A stretch of 64,000 nucleotides of DNA, from positions 3,427 through 67,426 of the IMG/VR virus record IMGVR_UViG_3300023105_000025; one strand, 5' to 3'. Positions 47,401 to 54,986 of this stretch are shown piece by piece. The notes under the pieces were generated by a model. That model saw nothing but the letters and a program-made list of their open reading frames with translations, searched no databases and was not told the DNA's origin. Both the position numbers and the translations under genes were made by a program. Numbering within the stretch: the first letter of the stretch is position 1; each line of letters begins with the position of its first letter. This DNA is from a virus.

Positions 47401-49599
47401 GAGTCACTAACATTTAGCTGTGGTTCACCTGCTGAAAATATTTCACACCCAAGAGTTACAGATCCAGCATTTGAAAAACCACTTAAAATTACAGCAGTCA
47501 CAACAAACACTGTAACTGTTCAAGTTGGTTACGCAAAAGGCTATCAAGGAGCTCATACATTCGTCAGTGCAACAACAGACGGCATTAAACAAGTTATTGG
47601 AAATACAAGCAAGCAATTCAAAGACGGATACACAGCTCGTCGTCATATCGCGATGGAAGCAAAAGATCTTGCAATGATGGTTGCAAATATCGCTTATGAT
47701 AATAATCCAACTAACTTGCCAGCAAGAGTTGAGCCATTCACTAACTGGATACCAGAAACTCTTATCGATCAGAAAAACTTGATTGATGATAAACTTACTA
47801 CACTAGTGGAGAGCATGATTGAATTTATCTCAACAGAGTATAAAGGAATTAGCTATCCTAAAGAAAAATGCCGCAGGGATGTTGGAATTATTGTTGATGC
47901 TCTATCACACGACATTAACTACTCAACAAACTATGCTATGAGACTTGTTGCTAATATGTACTTTGATAACGCTGTAAGTGTATTACCGTTCGATCAAAGA
48001 AAACAGACAGCCGACTTCTACGCAGAAATGGCAAATCTAGTAAGTGACGTTGCACAAGAGTTGGCTATTGGCCAAGATACATCTAACCCAGCTGCTACAG
48101 TAACTCAAGGTAACGATTTAGCAGATCTTGTCAGAATGGTAGAGGAAGCAATTAGAAGAAATTCACTTGACGCTCTTCCAGAGATTGTTGAGCCAGATAC
48201 ATCATGGGTCTCAGCAGATAAGATTGCTGCAGGAAGATTAATTGATAATAATCTTGACGAATTAGCAGATGATGTTACTCAATATATCTCTGATAATTTC
48301 TCAATTATAGATTACAGCAAAGCAAAATGCCGCAGAGACTCAGGTTACTTAATTGATGCTATGAGTTGGGATCTTAACTATGGCGGCAACTTAGCATCTC
48401 GCTGGAACGCAGACTTCTACTATTGGAATGGAACACTAAGAATTCCAGAAAATACAAGAGTTGCAACTGCGCAGTCTTATAGACAGCTTGGTAAAATTGT
48501 AAGTGAAGTTGTAACAGGATCTTATCCTGGCCAAAAACTTCGCCCAGAAATGGGATCTGAAGCAGAGGCAAAACAAGCTTATGAAAATGGCTTAATCTTC
48601 TATAACGCACTATTCTATAACACACCAAAATCTCTAGGCCCAACTATCGAGCCAGACTTTACATGGAATGATAATGTTACTAAACAGTTCAGATTTGCTA
48701 AAGATATTTTGGCAAATAACAAAGTTAAATTACAACGTGAAGTTCAAAGATTTATTACACAAACTTATAAATTTATTGACTTACCAAAAACATATCGTGA
48801 CGGCGGAAACTTACTTAAAATTATCGCAAACGACTTTAGATATATCGATGCCTCTCAAACTCCACAAGAGGAAGGAACAGATAAATCTACAAGATCCTTC
48901 GCGGCCGCATTATTTAACATCGACTCACAACACGTATTCCCAGTCTTTAATCCTCCGGCAACCTTCAGCGATTGGAGAAAATTGAGATTTAAAGGAACAG
49001 CTGCTACAGTTTCAGACTTAGCAAACCTTGAAAATCCAAAAAGATGGTATGCACAAATTGTACCGACAGATAATAACGGAAACCGCTACGCTGGTAGAAT
49101 TTACTACTATAATGGATCAACTTGGTTAGACAGTGGAGTAGATAACAATACAGATCTTCTCGATGCATTTACTGGCGCTTGGACACAGATGAAATCCTAT
49201 ATAAATACAAATATCGCACCAGATGTAGATCATATTAATATGGTTAACGAGTTAATCGATAATGTATTAATTGAAACAATATTGAGACCTGAGTTCCTAG
49301 CATTTGGATCTTTGGTTGAATCTATCGCCCACCAGTTCAATGGTGCTTCAGCTGGGGTTAACAGAAACGCATTGCCGCTTAACTTTAGAAATATCGGTTC
49401 TGCAATTTCTGCTACAGCTTCGGTTCTGTCGGAAGACGGCGGTAGAATTAGATGGTCAGGATCTGACGAATTAAACAACCAGTTCTTTGCACGAGGACTA
49501 AAAATTAATGGTAGAACCGGTAGAATTGAAGGAAGACCGTTTACCTCATCAGTTAGAAAATTAGCTAGAAGAGCTTCAAACAGTAGGGCAGTACTATAA
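38419..49599 (+). CDS. Giant (3726 aa) late/virion protein: beta-solenoid repeats, beta-helix domain, 12 phycobiliprotein-like helical repeats and 9 His/Cys beta repeats
   Basis: MSKISEL fibre-type start, V..DGDDNNPG....P..T...A and V.PGTY motifs, repeated KCxRD and TY.P.TG...TF.C...HPR units, under a late promoter. Confidence 0.85.
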   Translation: MSKISELGPILGINTRSEDLFVIVNLIQGDDGTKNITRKELVEAIQYEVFSHIEITGGTIRNVQMFTSELSNVTINDSVINRNTINDSTLNNSQIYVANAEDVTGLRFDLSNSSIHYSDIDNTTFTDGSIFDSTANNVTITSSYFLDGNMARSSGNNMTFVDSTIDNSIITASEFNDGTANNVVIRNSTFTNGDMYNSTGNNMVFTNSTIDDSTFNNMTIEGAVANNFTITNLNLDEVVMTDVEISRGTIDSVDIANATFIGGLTDVTIANAQITDSDFSNGTGNNVTFTNLVDSTILRSDFSDGTGSNNVFTDTTIEAGVFRDGVIANTTFQGGLNDVTIDDATITDSNQANSNLTDSTFRDGTIEDTIIKNSKFDGAIERVEIANSVIIDSQLINFDVSLDPKFEPMMDDESYFVIRNALTGKTEQLTYKQLNDELGKTTEKALKVHVAVDGDDNNPGSILKPVRTLARASELAIEKAGGNPNRNDINNAIHISVGPGTYYVDEPIVLPDDCALTSTAGQYATVIQKKPGWERTNGIQVGSGCYVQGFGYMNFEVDNFDNPEGGFAIVYRPGALLRRSPYIRDSSQLSNFNRLDVEPPLNPFNSKGTIADLGQEFYLEAGHSPENQFEVDDEVTFSSGASGYISWTTDINSNRQIYVRNLKGNVEVGDTLYAQTGGTGVIERIGIDDFPNRLVGRGGGCALMDRAVLDTDSLYTYLLCFGFTPRTQNGTGYVAKNGAGVNGIGSLSIFTRQAFFALNGGQVTLNNSGSQFGDISMRAKGKTTIVKPAVGTESVFIANSAFGDLIEEKSDDIVNDMIAHLTANTASGGLGYQGYNADKCFRDTGIIVDNVGYDVATNSNYWGRLNGITYRSPISYVVVNEQLTETVGSIEHLKDEMIDGIFVNANTQIQDRISTSLDETLNVLQNGEPLANPITFADTGVGTRTGAREVVQDNREFIIEEFMDWMDNNPDFFAYDSDKCKRDVREYILPAVKYDTMLDTNYNSITAGYAYYFNATRNVAGAQRDETVAAYQRLRDTTDDLVQANSAAFAAEAYYKFNNVIDILKQSGTRYDPTDASYDPATGDFTVTIGTHGLEVGNYILLMPEGFTFTCDTDGNKLEFKHPRKSDPAFKSAMPITAKTATTITVNVGSTGYTGVHTFVDALDGSVIEMGETYTFSDDAGITAANRNARKQLQSNKGFIQDYMMDWADDEWFFYDSKKCQRDTNAYIVPAVLRDMQLGTNFNSVQNGIAYRQAITSVVPDSQLSETVGAFSHLRDEISETLTDNIAIAKTEEAFNEIIGIMQKDGREYTPTNATYNPTTGESVITIENHEFEIGDMITLAKEGLTFYCANTATGANTSISHPRATDPAYQSPLQITAATDTTITVYVGDANGYTGAHTFQRAKLNAVKQYANVKSSHTPTTATYNPTTGIMVATIGDHNIQPGDTIVMDKESITFSCANTDTLVVTNISHPRVTDPAFNSLTQVTSVTANTITIDVGAVPNGYAGAHTFVSASSNAIKTISFANGRFTPSTATYDPITGIFTATIGEHNLVVGDKIKIADESITFSCGSPAEEISHPRPTDPASGAELVISAVTDNTITVNVGNAGTYTGAHTFVSAQPFAITLATPYNGKYTPSNATYDPQTGDMTVDIGQHNLRVGKWISIADESITFSCANGAINSELSHPRVNEPAFRQPVRITGVTGTAITFNVGNAGGYANTHTFVSAETDCIDTNAIYWTDAAKIDSFHTPSTATYNPATGVMELTMGADHGFTTDDHIEFKPNSITFSCANTSTGQTIEISHPRIGEPNYQKPLAISAVTSTTITVNPGAVPNGYAGAHTFVSAEEGSVIKTRTTRDGLNAAEQLKNNKVFLQDEVDAWIRDNYFVYNDEKCFRDTGLILDSVRRDFATDSNVNSVFAGLAYRSGNASTNTVITEQLTETVGAIAWLRDEIRGNILSGTAENRANTAFNEIIDIMQNDIAAADTRTFGGGYVSDEAYEAKAILQANKQFIIDETTAWIANNHPDLTYDSAKCERDVGYFIDSVSWDIQHGSNASTVNNSRLYFDNAVSVLGKNERAPTAEAFEHISNIAGQIVRNELVFDLQQGASTQTRADNTTYTPTNATYDPTTGIMVATIGTHSYVPGDRISIAEESITFSCANGAVVTNISHPRSTDPAFNVPITITDTTSTTITVDVGAIPNGYANNHTFVSATANAIKSATVQPTYTPTNATYDPVTGIFTATIGTHRLEKGDYIIMDEEAITFSCANTATGAITQISHPRATDPYFNRPVEILEADDTTITMNVGAAPNGYAGVHYFEGSNADAIRKSAPPAIADKVNDLFKIVADMVRGNDFSELPTIVEPTLTGTGYNSAINAQFNKVWGNTPKYQEEIIQFIREEYNGLAYDTDLCYRDVGLIVDAIREDLEYGGDAATIDAAGYYFKNAVSILPYDQREPTRLAFEHLATVAESVITETTVTPTTGNSTAQNTSGTAGTSTIAATAKDLINVISGLIDDNIVIPDYAGSLDITQKVNARLDEKFPVANTATLPLVEPSRTFARKALQKNKDFIQDEVVAYINNRYFVYDEDKCARDTGYILDAVAYDVATGGDYYGKFAGKVYRAGTTSLSKVIDEQLAETVQAIEYLQADIEGRLTGTAKTRATASFNAIKDAMIYDYDPETEAYNFGTAYQNISATNCKDALQANKAFLQAEATAWMTDNYGSIVYDVDKCERDVGYMVDAVCAAVMHNSNASMRDVARVYFENGLSTLPSDQRAVTAELYERLGAMSTQIALKQPVTKSASNAASQVTTGFNTGFATQANSLTDFWTIVADIITDDSLINLPAVTRPGNSAGINYDYNNERDAIRLRTTYLAANINEYLQKTFNYLEYDQVKCRRDVGYMVDAISHDIQYGGNSAMWNAAQIYFVNAVNLLPKDQREPTRAAFTHMAEVMHDVIRNKTVPYRIGKTFTAANATYDVDSGESVITLGNHKLKVGDYILLEKESLTFSCGSPAENISHPRVTDPAFEKPLKITAVTTNTVTVQVGYAKGYQGAHTFVSATTDGIKQVIGNTSKQFKDGYTARRHIAMEAKDLAMMVANIAYDNNPTNLPARVEPFTNWIPETLIDQKNLIDDKLTTLVESMIEFISTEYKGISYPKEKCRRDVGIIVDALSHDINYSTNYAMRLVANMYFDNAVSVLPFDQRKQTADFYAEMANLVSDVAQELAIGQDTSNPAATVTQGNDLADLVRMVEEAIRRNSLDALPEIVEPDTSWVSADKIAAGRLIDNNLDELADDVTQYISDNFSIIDYSKAKCRRDSGYLIDAMSWDLNYGGNLASRWNADFYYWNGTLRIPENTRVATAQSYRQLGKIVSEVVTGSYPGQKLRPEMGSEAEAKQAYENGLIFYNALFYNTPKSLGPTIEPDFTWNDNVTKQFRFAKDILANNKVKLQREVQRFITQTYKFIDLPKTYRDGGNLLKIIANDFRYIDASQTPQEEGTDKSTRSFAAALFNIDSQHVFPVFNPPATFSDWRKLRFKGTAATVSDLANLENPKRWYAQIVPTDNNGNRYAGRIYYYNGSTWLDSGVDNNTDLLDAFTGAWTQMKSYINTNIAPDVDHINMVNELIDNVLIETILRPEFLAFGSLVESIAHQFNGASAGVNRNALPLNFRNIGSAISATASVLSEDGGRIRWSGSDELNNQFFARGLKINGRTGRIEGRPFTSSVRKLARRASNSRAVL
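40820..49290 (+). repeat. 12 dispersed ~140-160 aa helical protein repeats with a C-x-R-D core
   Basis: Cys codons at 40936, 41356, 42076, 44089, 44509, 45634, 46168, 46588, 47077, 47869 and 48328; degenerate Thr copy at 48790. Confidence 0.9.
41629..47575 (+). repeat. 9 copies of a ~100 aa beta-rich protein repeat
   Basis: A(T/S)Y.P.TG...H...TF.C...HPR..(D/E)P...H.F, arranged 1+5+2+1 between the helical repeats. Confidence 0.9.
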
Positions 49600-50039
49600 T
49601 GGCATTTGCAAACAACGATTTCGACACAATAGAAACGTCCCAGGCACCCGACGCTAAACCGGTAGCCGTCAACCTTTCGGTATCAACGAATTGGCAAATT
49701 CTTATTGAAGTTCCAAAATATGAAGTTCCGGAGCTAATCTTTGGTGGTTCTACAACCGTGGAACCTGGAGTTGGCGAAGTTATTTCTCCACTCATCGTTT
49801 GTAACTATAGTGCTAATACAGTTAAAATTGATATTAGAACACATAGATACGCAGAAAACGATGAGTACTGGGTAGTAAGAAATATGCCAATCCCATCTTA
49901 CGATACTTTTGCTTTACCATTAAATGGCCAATTCTTTTCATCAGGCGATACTTTAGAAATTAAAGCAGATCAGAACTTGTGTGCAGACGCAACATTATCA
50001 TTTACATTAGGCCAATCCGAGGAAGACGATGTCGAGTAG
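49599..50039 (+). CDS. Conserved hypothetical (likely structural) protein coupled to the giant gene
   Basis: TAATG overlap; 146 aa, beta-rich, with an L..GDTLEI.A motif. Confidence 0.7.
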   Translation: MAFANNDFDTIETSQAPDAKPVAVNLSVSTNWQILIEVPKYEVPELIFGGSTTVEPGVGEVISPLIVCNYSANTVKIDIRTHRYAENDEYWVVRNMPIPSYDTFALPLNGQFFSSGDTLEIKADQNLCADATLSFTLGQSEEDDVE

Positions 50040-53000
50040 ATTTTCAAGTTTTAGAGGGCGTACTGTTACCTTTGGAATAGGTATTCCGCAGAACGTTAAT
50101 AACCTAGACCCAGTTGCATTTGAAGGTGCTATCGTCTATACTGATGATGGTAAAATCAAATATTCTGATGGTACAGCCTGGCAAGAACTTGACGGAGGTG
50201 CTGCCAATAATACCGTCCAAGGCGTTCAAGGTATACAAGGGATCCAAGGTTTACAGGGCGATTATGGCCCTGGTTTTACAATTATTGGTTCCTCTTCTGT
50301 AGCAGCTAATAATGCATATTTAGATACAAACTTCCCAACGGCAGTTACGGGTGATACTGTTATTGACCAATCTGATGATACTCTTTGGGTATTTGATGGA
50401 ACTGATTGGATTAATATTGGTTCTTTCCGTGGTGTACAAGGTTTCCAAGGTGTTCAAGGTGACCAGGGTGTACAAGGTACCATCGGTGAAGAGGGTATCC
50501 AAGGTTCTCGTGGTTATCGTGGTATTCAAGGTCTTCAAGGTTTCCAAGGTGCACAAGGTATTCAAGGCCCGATTGGTATACAAGGTGTTCAAGGCTTACA
50601 AGGACCTCAAGGTATTCAAGGCGACCAAGGTACTCAAGGAGTCCAAGGTATCCAAGGTATCCAAGGCCTACAAGGCATAACTGGTAATACTGGTATTCAA
50701 GGTGCAACGGGTATTCAAGGTCTACAAGGTTTTCACGGAGATGACTCCGGAAACATTTTAGAATTTACTTTAAATGACGGAATTACATGGGCTGATCCTG
50801 GGGCTGGCGGTATTAGATTTAACGCGGCAGCTGCAAATACAGATACATTTAATTCTGTCACACGTATTTTCTGGGACGATGTCGATGCTTATGGTGTAGA
50901 TGTAACAGGCTTATATGACGCAGTCACTGCAGCATCTTCAACAAATAAAGCATATGTTAAAATCACAAAAAGAGGCGCGCCCGGAAAATACGTAATTTTC
51001 TCAGTCCAAGATATGGTGGACTCTGGCGGTGCCAATACTTATTATGAATCTCAAGTTACTTATGTTTCTGGCACAGCAATAAAATATGACTTTGTTGAAG
51101 CCAACTCAAGCGTAACTATTAACCACGAATTAATGGTAGATATGGATATCAGCGGTGACCGCGGCTTCCAAGGAGTACAAGGTATCACCGGTATCCAGGG
51201 CCAAAGAGGTATCCAAGGTAATACAGGTATCCAGGGTATTCAAGGTATTTCTAATCAAGGTGTTCAAGGTATTCAAGGCCAACGCGGCATTCAAGGTAAT
51301 ACTGGTATCCAAGGTGTACAAGGTATTCAGGGCCCACAAGCTGCTCAAGGTATCCAAGGTATAACTGGCTTCCAAGGTACACAGGGTTTCCAAGGATTAC
51401 AAGGAGACCAAGGTACGCAGGGTATTCAAGGTGACCAAGGTACTCAAGGTATTCAAGGCGACCAAGGTACTCAAGGAGTGCAAGGTATCACCGGTATCCA
51501 AGGTGGAACTGGTCTACAGGGTAATACTGGCGCTCAAGGTGTTCAGGGTATACAAGGACAGCGTGGTCTTCAAGGTAACACAGGCTTACAAGGTATACAA
51601 GGTCCGCAATCTGTGCAAGGTATTCAAGGTTTCACCGGTATTCAAGGTGCCCAAGGACTGCAGGGTGAAAAGGGTATTTACGGTGGCTTAAGTTTCGAGT
51701 GGAACTTTACGGCTAATACTGCTGGAGCACCTGGAACAAGCAAATTCCATTTTGATAACGCTAATCCAGCATTAGCAACTACTATCTTTATTGACGATAT
51801 TCCAGATGACCAATACACTTCAGAGGTTGATGAGTTATTTGATTATTTAGCAGCTATTCCTACAAGTAATGGTTCTGAAAAAGGCCATATTAAAATTCAG
51901 TTGGCTGAAAGTTCAAACGGACCAGGCGGCCATCATTGGGTAATTTATTCGTTTGAGGATTTTCAGTGGGATTCTGGCTCTAAAAACTGGGGTTATTTTG
52001 ATGTAACATATATCGATGGTAATGTTACTAACTGGCAAACAGAGGCTGCAGGCCCGCATGGCAATAAAACTGTAATTACATTTATTCCTACCGGTCCTCG
52101 TGGTATTCAGGGTCAACGTGGTATCCAAGGTAATACGGGTATTCAAGGTTTACAAGGTATAGCTAACCAAGGTGTACAAGGTATTACAGGTCTTCAAGGT
52201 TTAACCGGTATTCAAGGTAACACGGGCCCACAGGGTGTTCAAGGTTGGCAGGGTACTACAGGTATTCAAGGTAGCACGGGCTTACAAGGTAATACTGGTG
52301 CCCAAGGTGTCCAAGGCATTACTGGATCCGCCGGTGCACAGGGTACACAAGGTATCCAAGGTGTGCAAGGTCAGAAAGGTGGCTTTGGCGGCGCAACATT
52401 TGATTACACATTCGATAATACAACATCAGCTGGCGACCCAGGCGTTGGTAAACTTAGATTAAACAACTCATCTGTTTCATCTGCTACTTTAATGTTTATT
52501 GATGATCGCGATGATAACTTTAACGATATTCAATCATATCTAAGAACGATCGATGACTCAACATCCGATATTAAAGGCCACTTTAAAATTATTGATGCGG
52601 CAGACGTTCAAAACTTTGCAATCTTTACTGTTGATGGATTAACAGAAGCATCAGGTTACTTTGCGGTTGATTGTACTCATGTTAACTCGTCAGTTTCTGC
52701 TTTTGCTAACAACCTAGATATTCGTATTACATTTGCTAGAACTGGTGACCAAGGTGATACTGGTCCACAGGGTGCTCAAGGTACTACTGGTTTCCAGGGT
52801 GCAGATGGTTTACAAGGTGCTGACGGATCTGGTGCTCAAGGTGTTCAGGGTATACAAGGTATTACCGGCTCTCAAGGTGCAAGTGGTACTAATGGTACAA
52901 ACGGTGTTCAAGGTTCTCAAGGTACCCAAGGGCACCAAGGTATCCAAGGTATTACTGGAGATACTGGATCTGACGGTGCACAAGGTACGCAAGGTGTCCA

Positions 53001-54552
53001 AGGTATTACTGGTTCGGCCGCATCGCAAGGTATTCAAGGACCTCAAGGTACAGACGGTGTCGGCGGGGTTGGTGTTCAAGGTCTTCAGGGTGTCCAAGGT
53101 TTAACGGGTAATACTGGTGCCCAAGGTATACAAGGTATTGACGGCGGCGGCATTGCCGGTGCACAAGGTACACAGGGTTTGCAAGGTCTTATTGGTAATG
53201 ACGGGCCTCAAGGTACTATCGGTATACAAGGTGTACAAGGTATTACAGGTTCTTCATCAGCTCAAGGTCCACAGGGTCCTCAAGGTGAAAGAGGCTTCCA
53301 AGGTTCCACTGGAACTGGTTCGCAAGGTACACAAGGTTTACAAGGTATTGAAGGTGGCGTAGGAGCTGGTGTTCAAGGTCCCCAAGGTACAACTGGTGCG
53401 CAAGGCCCAGGCGGTAATGACGGCGATCCTGGTACAGACGGTCTTCAAGGTCCCCAAGGTACACAAGGTATTCAGGGTATTAATGGTGGCACAGGAACAG
53501 CTGCTCAGGGTGTTCAGGGTATTCAGGGTATTATTGGTACCCAAGGTGCTATTGGTACTGCAGGAGTTGGATCTCAAGGTACTCAGGGTACTAAAGGTGA
53601 CCAAGGTGTTCAAGGTTTCTCTGGAAATGCAACTCCTGGTGCCCAAGGTCTACAAGGTATTCAAGGGGATCAAGGTACACAAGGTTTCCAAGGTTCTAAT
53701 GGTACAAGTGTAGGCGGTTTCCAAGGTGTCCAAGGTGTTCAAGGTGATGATGGCGCTACAGGTCCACAGGGTACTACGGGTTCTCAAGGTGCTGACGGTG
53801 TCGGAACATCTATTGACATTTCTGACATTTATGCTAGTTCCCTACAAACAACGAATATGTTCATTCCGTTTGTCAGTGGTGGTACAGGAACTAAAACGGT
53901 TTATACAACGGCTTCACCCAACCCAGGCGGAGAAAGTAATTTCTATTACAACCCAGATGCAGATACATTATATCTTGAAAACTTATCACTTGGCGGTGAC
54001 CTAACAGTAACTGGTTTGATTAACAGCACAACGGGTGACTTCCTACAAGCAGACGCGGCAGATGTTAAAACTGTTGGTGACTTAACGTTTGATGATGATG
54101 TTGCTATTAATTTCGGTACTGGTTCTGATGTTTCTATTAAATATGAAAATGCAAATAGTAATATGCATTTAAATGCAGCAGCAGGAATGAACTACTTCTA
54201 TTGGAAAGCAAACGGTACTAACACATTCACATTTAGATTTGATACTGGTGACTTAACAATTACTGGCGATCTTGATGCAGCATCAGATGAAAGACTTAAA
54301 ACCAATATTGAAACAATTGACAGTGCATTAAATAAAGTTTTATCGATGCGCGGAGTATATTTCGAGAAAAAAGATAATCTAGGTTCGAGAAAAGTTGGTG
54401 TTATTGCTCAAGAAGTTGAGTCTGTTGTTCCTGAGTTAGTTAAAACAGACGAAGACGGAATGAAATCAGTTTCATATGCAAACATTAGCGGTTTATTAAT
54501 TGAAGCAATTAAAGAACTTAAGGAAGAAATTGACGAAATCAAAGGATCTTAA
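50029..54552 (+). CDS. Collagen-like fibre protein with C-terminal S74 chaperone
   Basis: Extensive G-x-Q triplets separated by globular spacers, and C-terminal SDERLKTNI...GVIAQEVE...P..V...Y..I..LLIEAIKEL. Confidence 0.9.
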   Translation: MSSRFSSFRGRTVTFGIGIPQNVNNLDPVAFEGAIVYTDDGKIKYSDGTAWQELDGGAANNTVQGVQGIQGIQGLQGDYGPGFTIIGSSSVAANNAYLDTNFPTAVTGDTVIDQSDDTLWVFDGTDWINIGSFRGVQGFQGVQGDQGVQGTIGEEGIQGSRGYRGIQGLQGFQGAQGIQGPIGIQGVQGLQGPQGIQGDQGTQGVQGIQGIQGLQGITGNTGIQGATGIQGLQGFHGDDSGNILEFTLNDGITWADPGAGGIRFNAAAANTDTFNSVTRIFWDDVDAYGVDVTGLYDAVTAASSTNKAYVKITKRGAPGKYVIFSVQDMVDSGGANTYYESQVTYVSGTAIKYDFVEANSSVTINHELMVDMDISGDRGFQGVQGITGIQGQRGIQGNTGIQGIQGISNQGVQGIQGQRGIQGNTGIQGVQGIQGPQAAQGIQGITGFQGTQGFQGLQGDQGTQGIQGDQGTQGIQGDQGTQGVQGITGIQGGTGLQGNTGAQGVQGIQGQRGLQGNTGLQGIQGPQSVQGIQGFTGIQGAQGLQGEKGIYGGLSFEWNFTANTAGAPGTSKFHFDNANPALATTIFIDDIPDDQYTSEVDELFDYLAAIPTSNGSEKGHIKIQLAESSNGPGGHHWVIYSFEDFQWDSGSKNWGYFDVTYIDGNVTNWQTEAAGPHGNKTVITFIPTGPRGIQGQRGIQGNTGIQGLQGIANQGVQGITGLQGLTGIQGNTGPQGVQGWQGTTGIQGSTGLQGNTGAQGVQGITGSAGAQGTQGIQGVQGQKGGFGGATFDYTFDNTTSAGDPGVGKLRLNNSSVSSATLMFIDDRDDNFNDIQSYLRTIDDSTSDIKGHFKIIDAADVQNFAIFTVDGLTEASGYFAVDCTHVNSSVSAFANNLDIRITFARTGDQGDTGPQGAQGTTGFQGADGLQGADGSGAQGVQGIQGITGSQGASGTNGTNGVQGSQGTQGHQGIQGITGDTGSDGAQGTQGVQGITGSAASQGIQGPQGTDGVGGVGVQGLQGVQGLTGNTGAQGIQGIDGGGIAGAQGTQGLQGLIGNDGPQGTIGIQGVQGITGSSSAQGPQGPQGERGFQGSTGTGSQGTQGLQGIEGGVGAGVQGPQGTTGAQGPGGNDGDPGTDGLQGPQGTQGIQGINGGTGTAAQGVQGIQGIIGTQGAIGTAGVGSQGTQGTKGDQGVQGFSGNATPGAQGLQGIQGDQGTQGFQGSNGTSVGGFQGVQGVQGDDGATGPQGTTGSQGADGVGTSIDISDIYASSLQTTNMFIPFVSGGTGTKTVYTTASPNPGGESNFYYNPDADTLYLENLSLGGDLTVTGLINSTTGDFLQADAADVKTVGDLTFDDDVAINFGTGSDVSIKYENANSNMHLNAAAGMNYFYWKANGTNTFTFRFDTGDLTITGDLDAASDERLKTNIETIDSALNKVLSMRGVYFEKKDNLGSRKVGVIAQEVESVVPELVKTDEDGMKSVSYANISGLLIEAIKELKEEIDEIKGS

Positions 54553-54579
54553 TTGATTAGTTAAATTTAATAACGATCA

Positions 54580-54599
54580 GGGAGCTGCGGCTCCCTTTT
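54580..54599 (+). terminator. Rho-independent terminator
   Basis: GGGAGC-TGCG-GCTCCC-TTTT. Confidence 0.8.
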
Positions 54600-54620
54600 C
54601 TATTTCTTTACCATCTTTTT

Positions 54621-54628
54621 TATAAATA
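54621..54628 (+). promoter_or_regulatory. T4-type late promoter
   Basis: Exact TATAAATA just after the terminator, upstream of ATG 54657. Confidence 0.85.
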
Positions 54629-54656
54629 AACTAAATATCACAAAAGAGAATGAGAA

Positions 54657-54986
54657 ATGTCTTCAAGAGCAAATATTTACATAGACCAAGGTACTTCTTT
54701 CCAGTTAACACTAGAGTTATTTGACGCGGATGATGACGAATTGAACGTGGAATATATGACGTTCTATAGCGGCATTAGAAAATTCTATTCTGAAACAAAT
54801 TTAGCTTCTTTTAATCACACCCAAGCAAATAACGATCTTATCTTGGAATTAACTGCAAACACAACTGCCACGTTTACTCCTGGCAAATATGAATATGATG
54901 TATTGATGAAGAAACAAAGTGGGGAGATCTCAAAAGTAGTTGAAGGATTGGCGTTCGTCGTCTCAACTATCTCGGAGGCATCATGA
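54657..54986 (+). CDS. Conserved virion structural protein (fibre-associated)
   Basis: NIYIDQGT.F...L.LTA..T.....G.Y.YDV......KVVEG...V pattern. Confidence 0.75.
   Translation: MSSRANIYIDQGTSFQLTLELFDADDDELNVEYMTFYSGIRKFYSETNLASFNHTQANNDLILELTANTTATFTPGKYEYDVLMKKQSGEISKVVEGLAFVVSTISEAS

Noticed and set aside
38419-49599. Reading the phycobiliprotein-like repeats as proof of a cyanobacterial host or a phycobilisome gene
   Set aside because: The repeats are fused in a late structural-type protein, no N-terminal X/Y assembly helices are evident, and no photosynthesis genes are in the window. The host cannot be fixed from this.
50430-53800. Short-period DNA repeats resembling a CRISPR or satellite array
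   Set aside because: The 9-nt periodicity is explained by collagen codons. There is no constant repeat with unique spacers and no cas genes.
50114-54004. Many alternative-frame and antisense ORFs (VFKV/TLNT-rich) in the collagen gene
   Set aside because: These are shadows of the CAAGGT-rich G-x-Q repeat, with no RBS or independent motifs.
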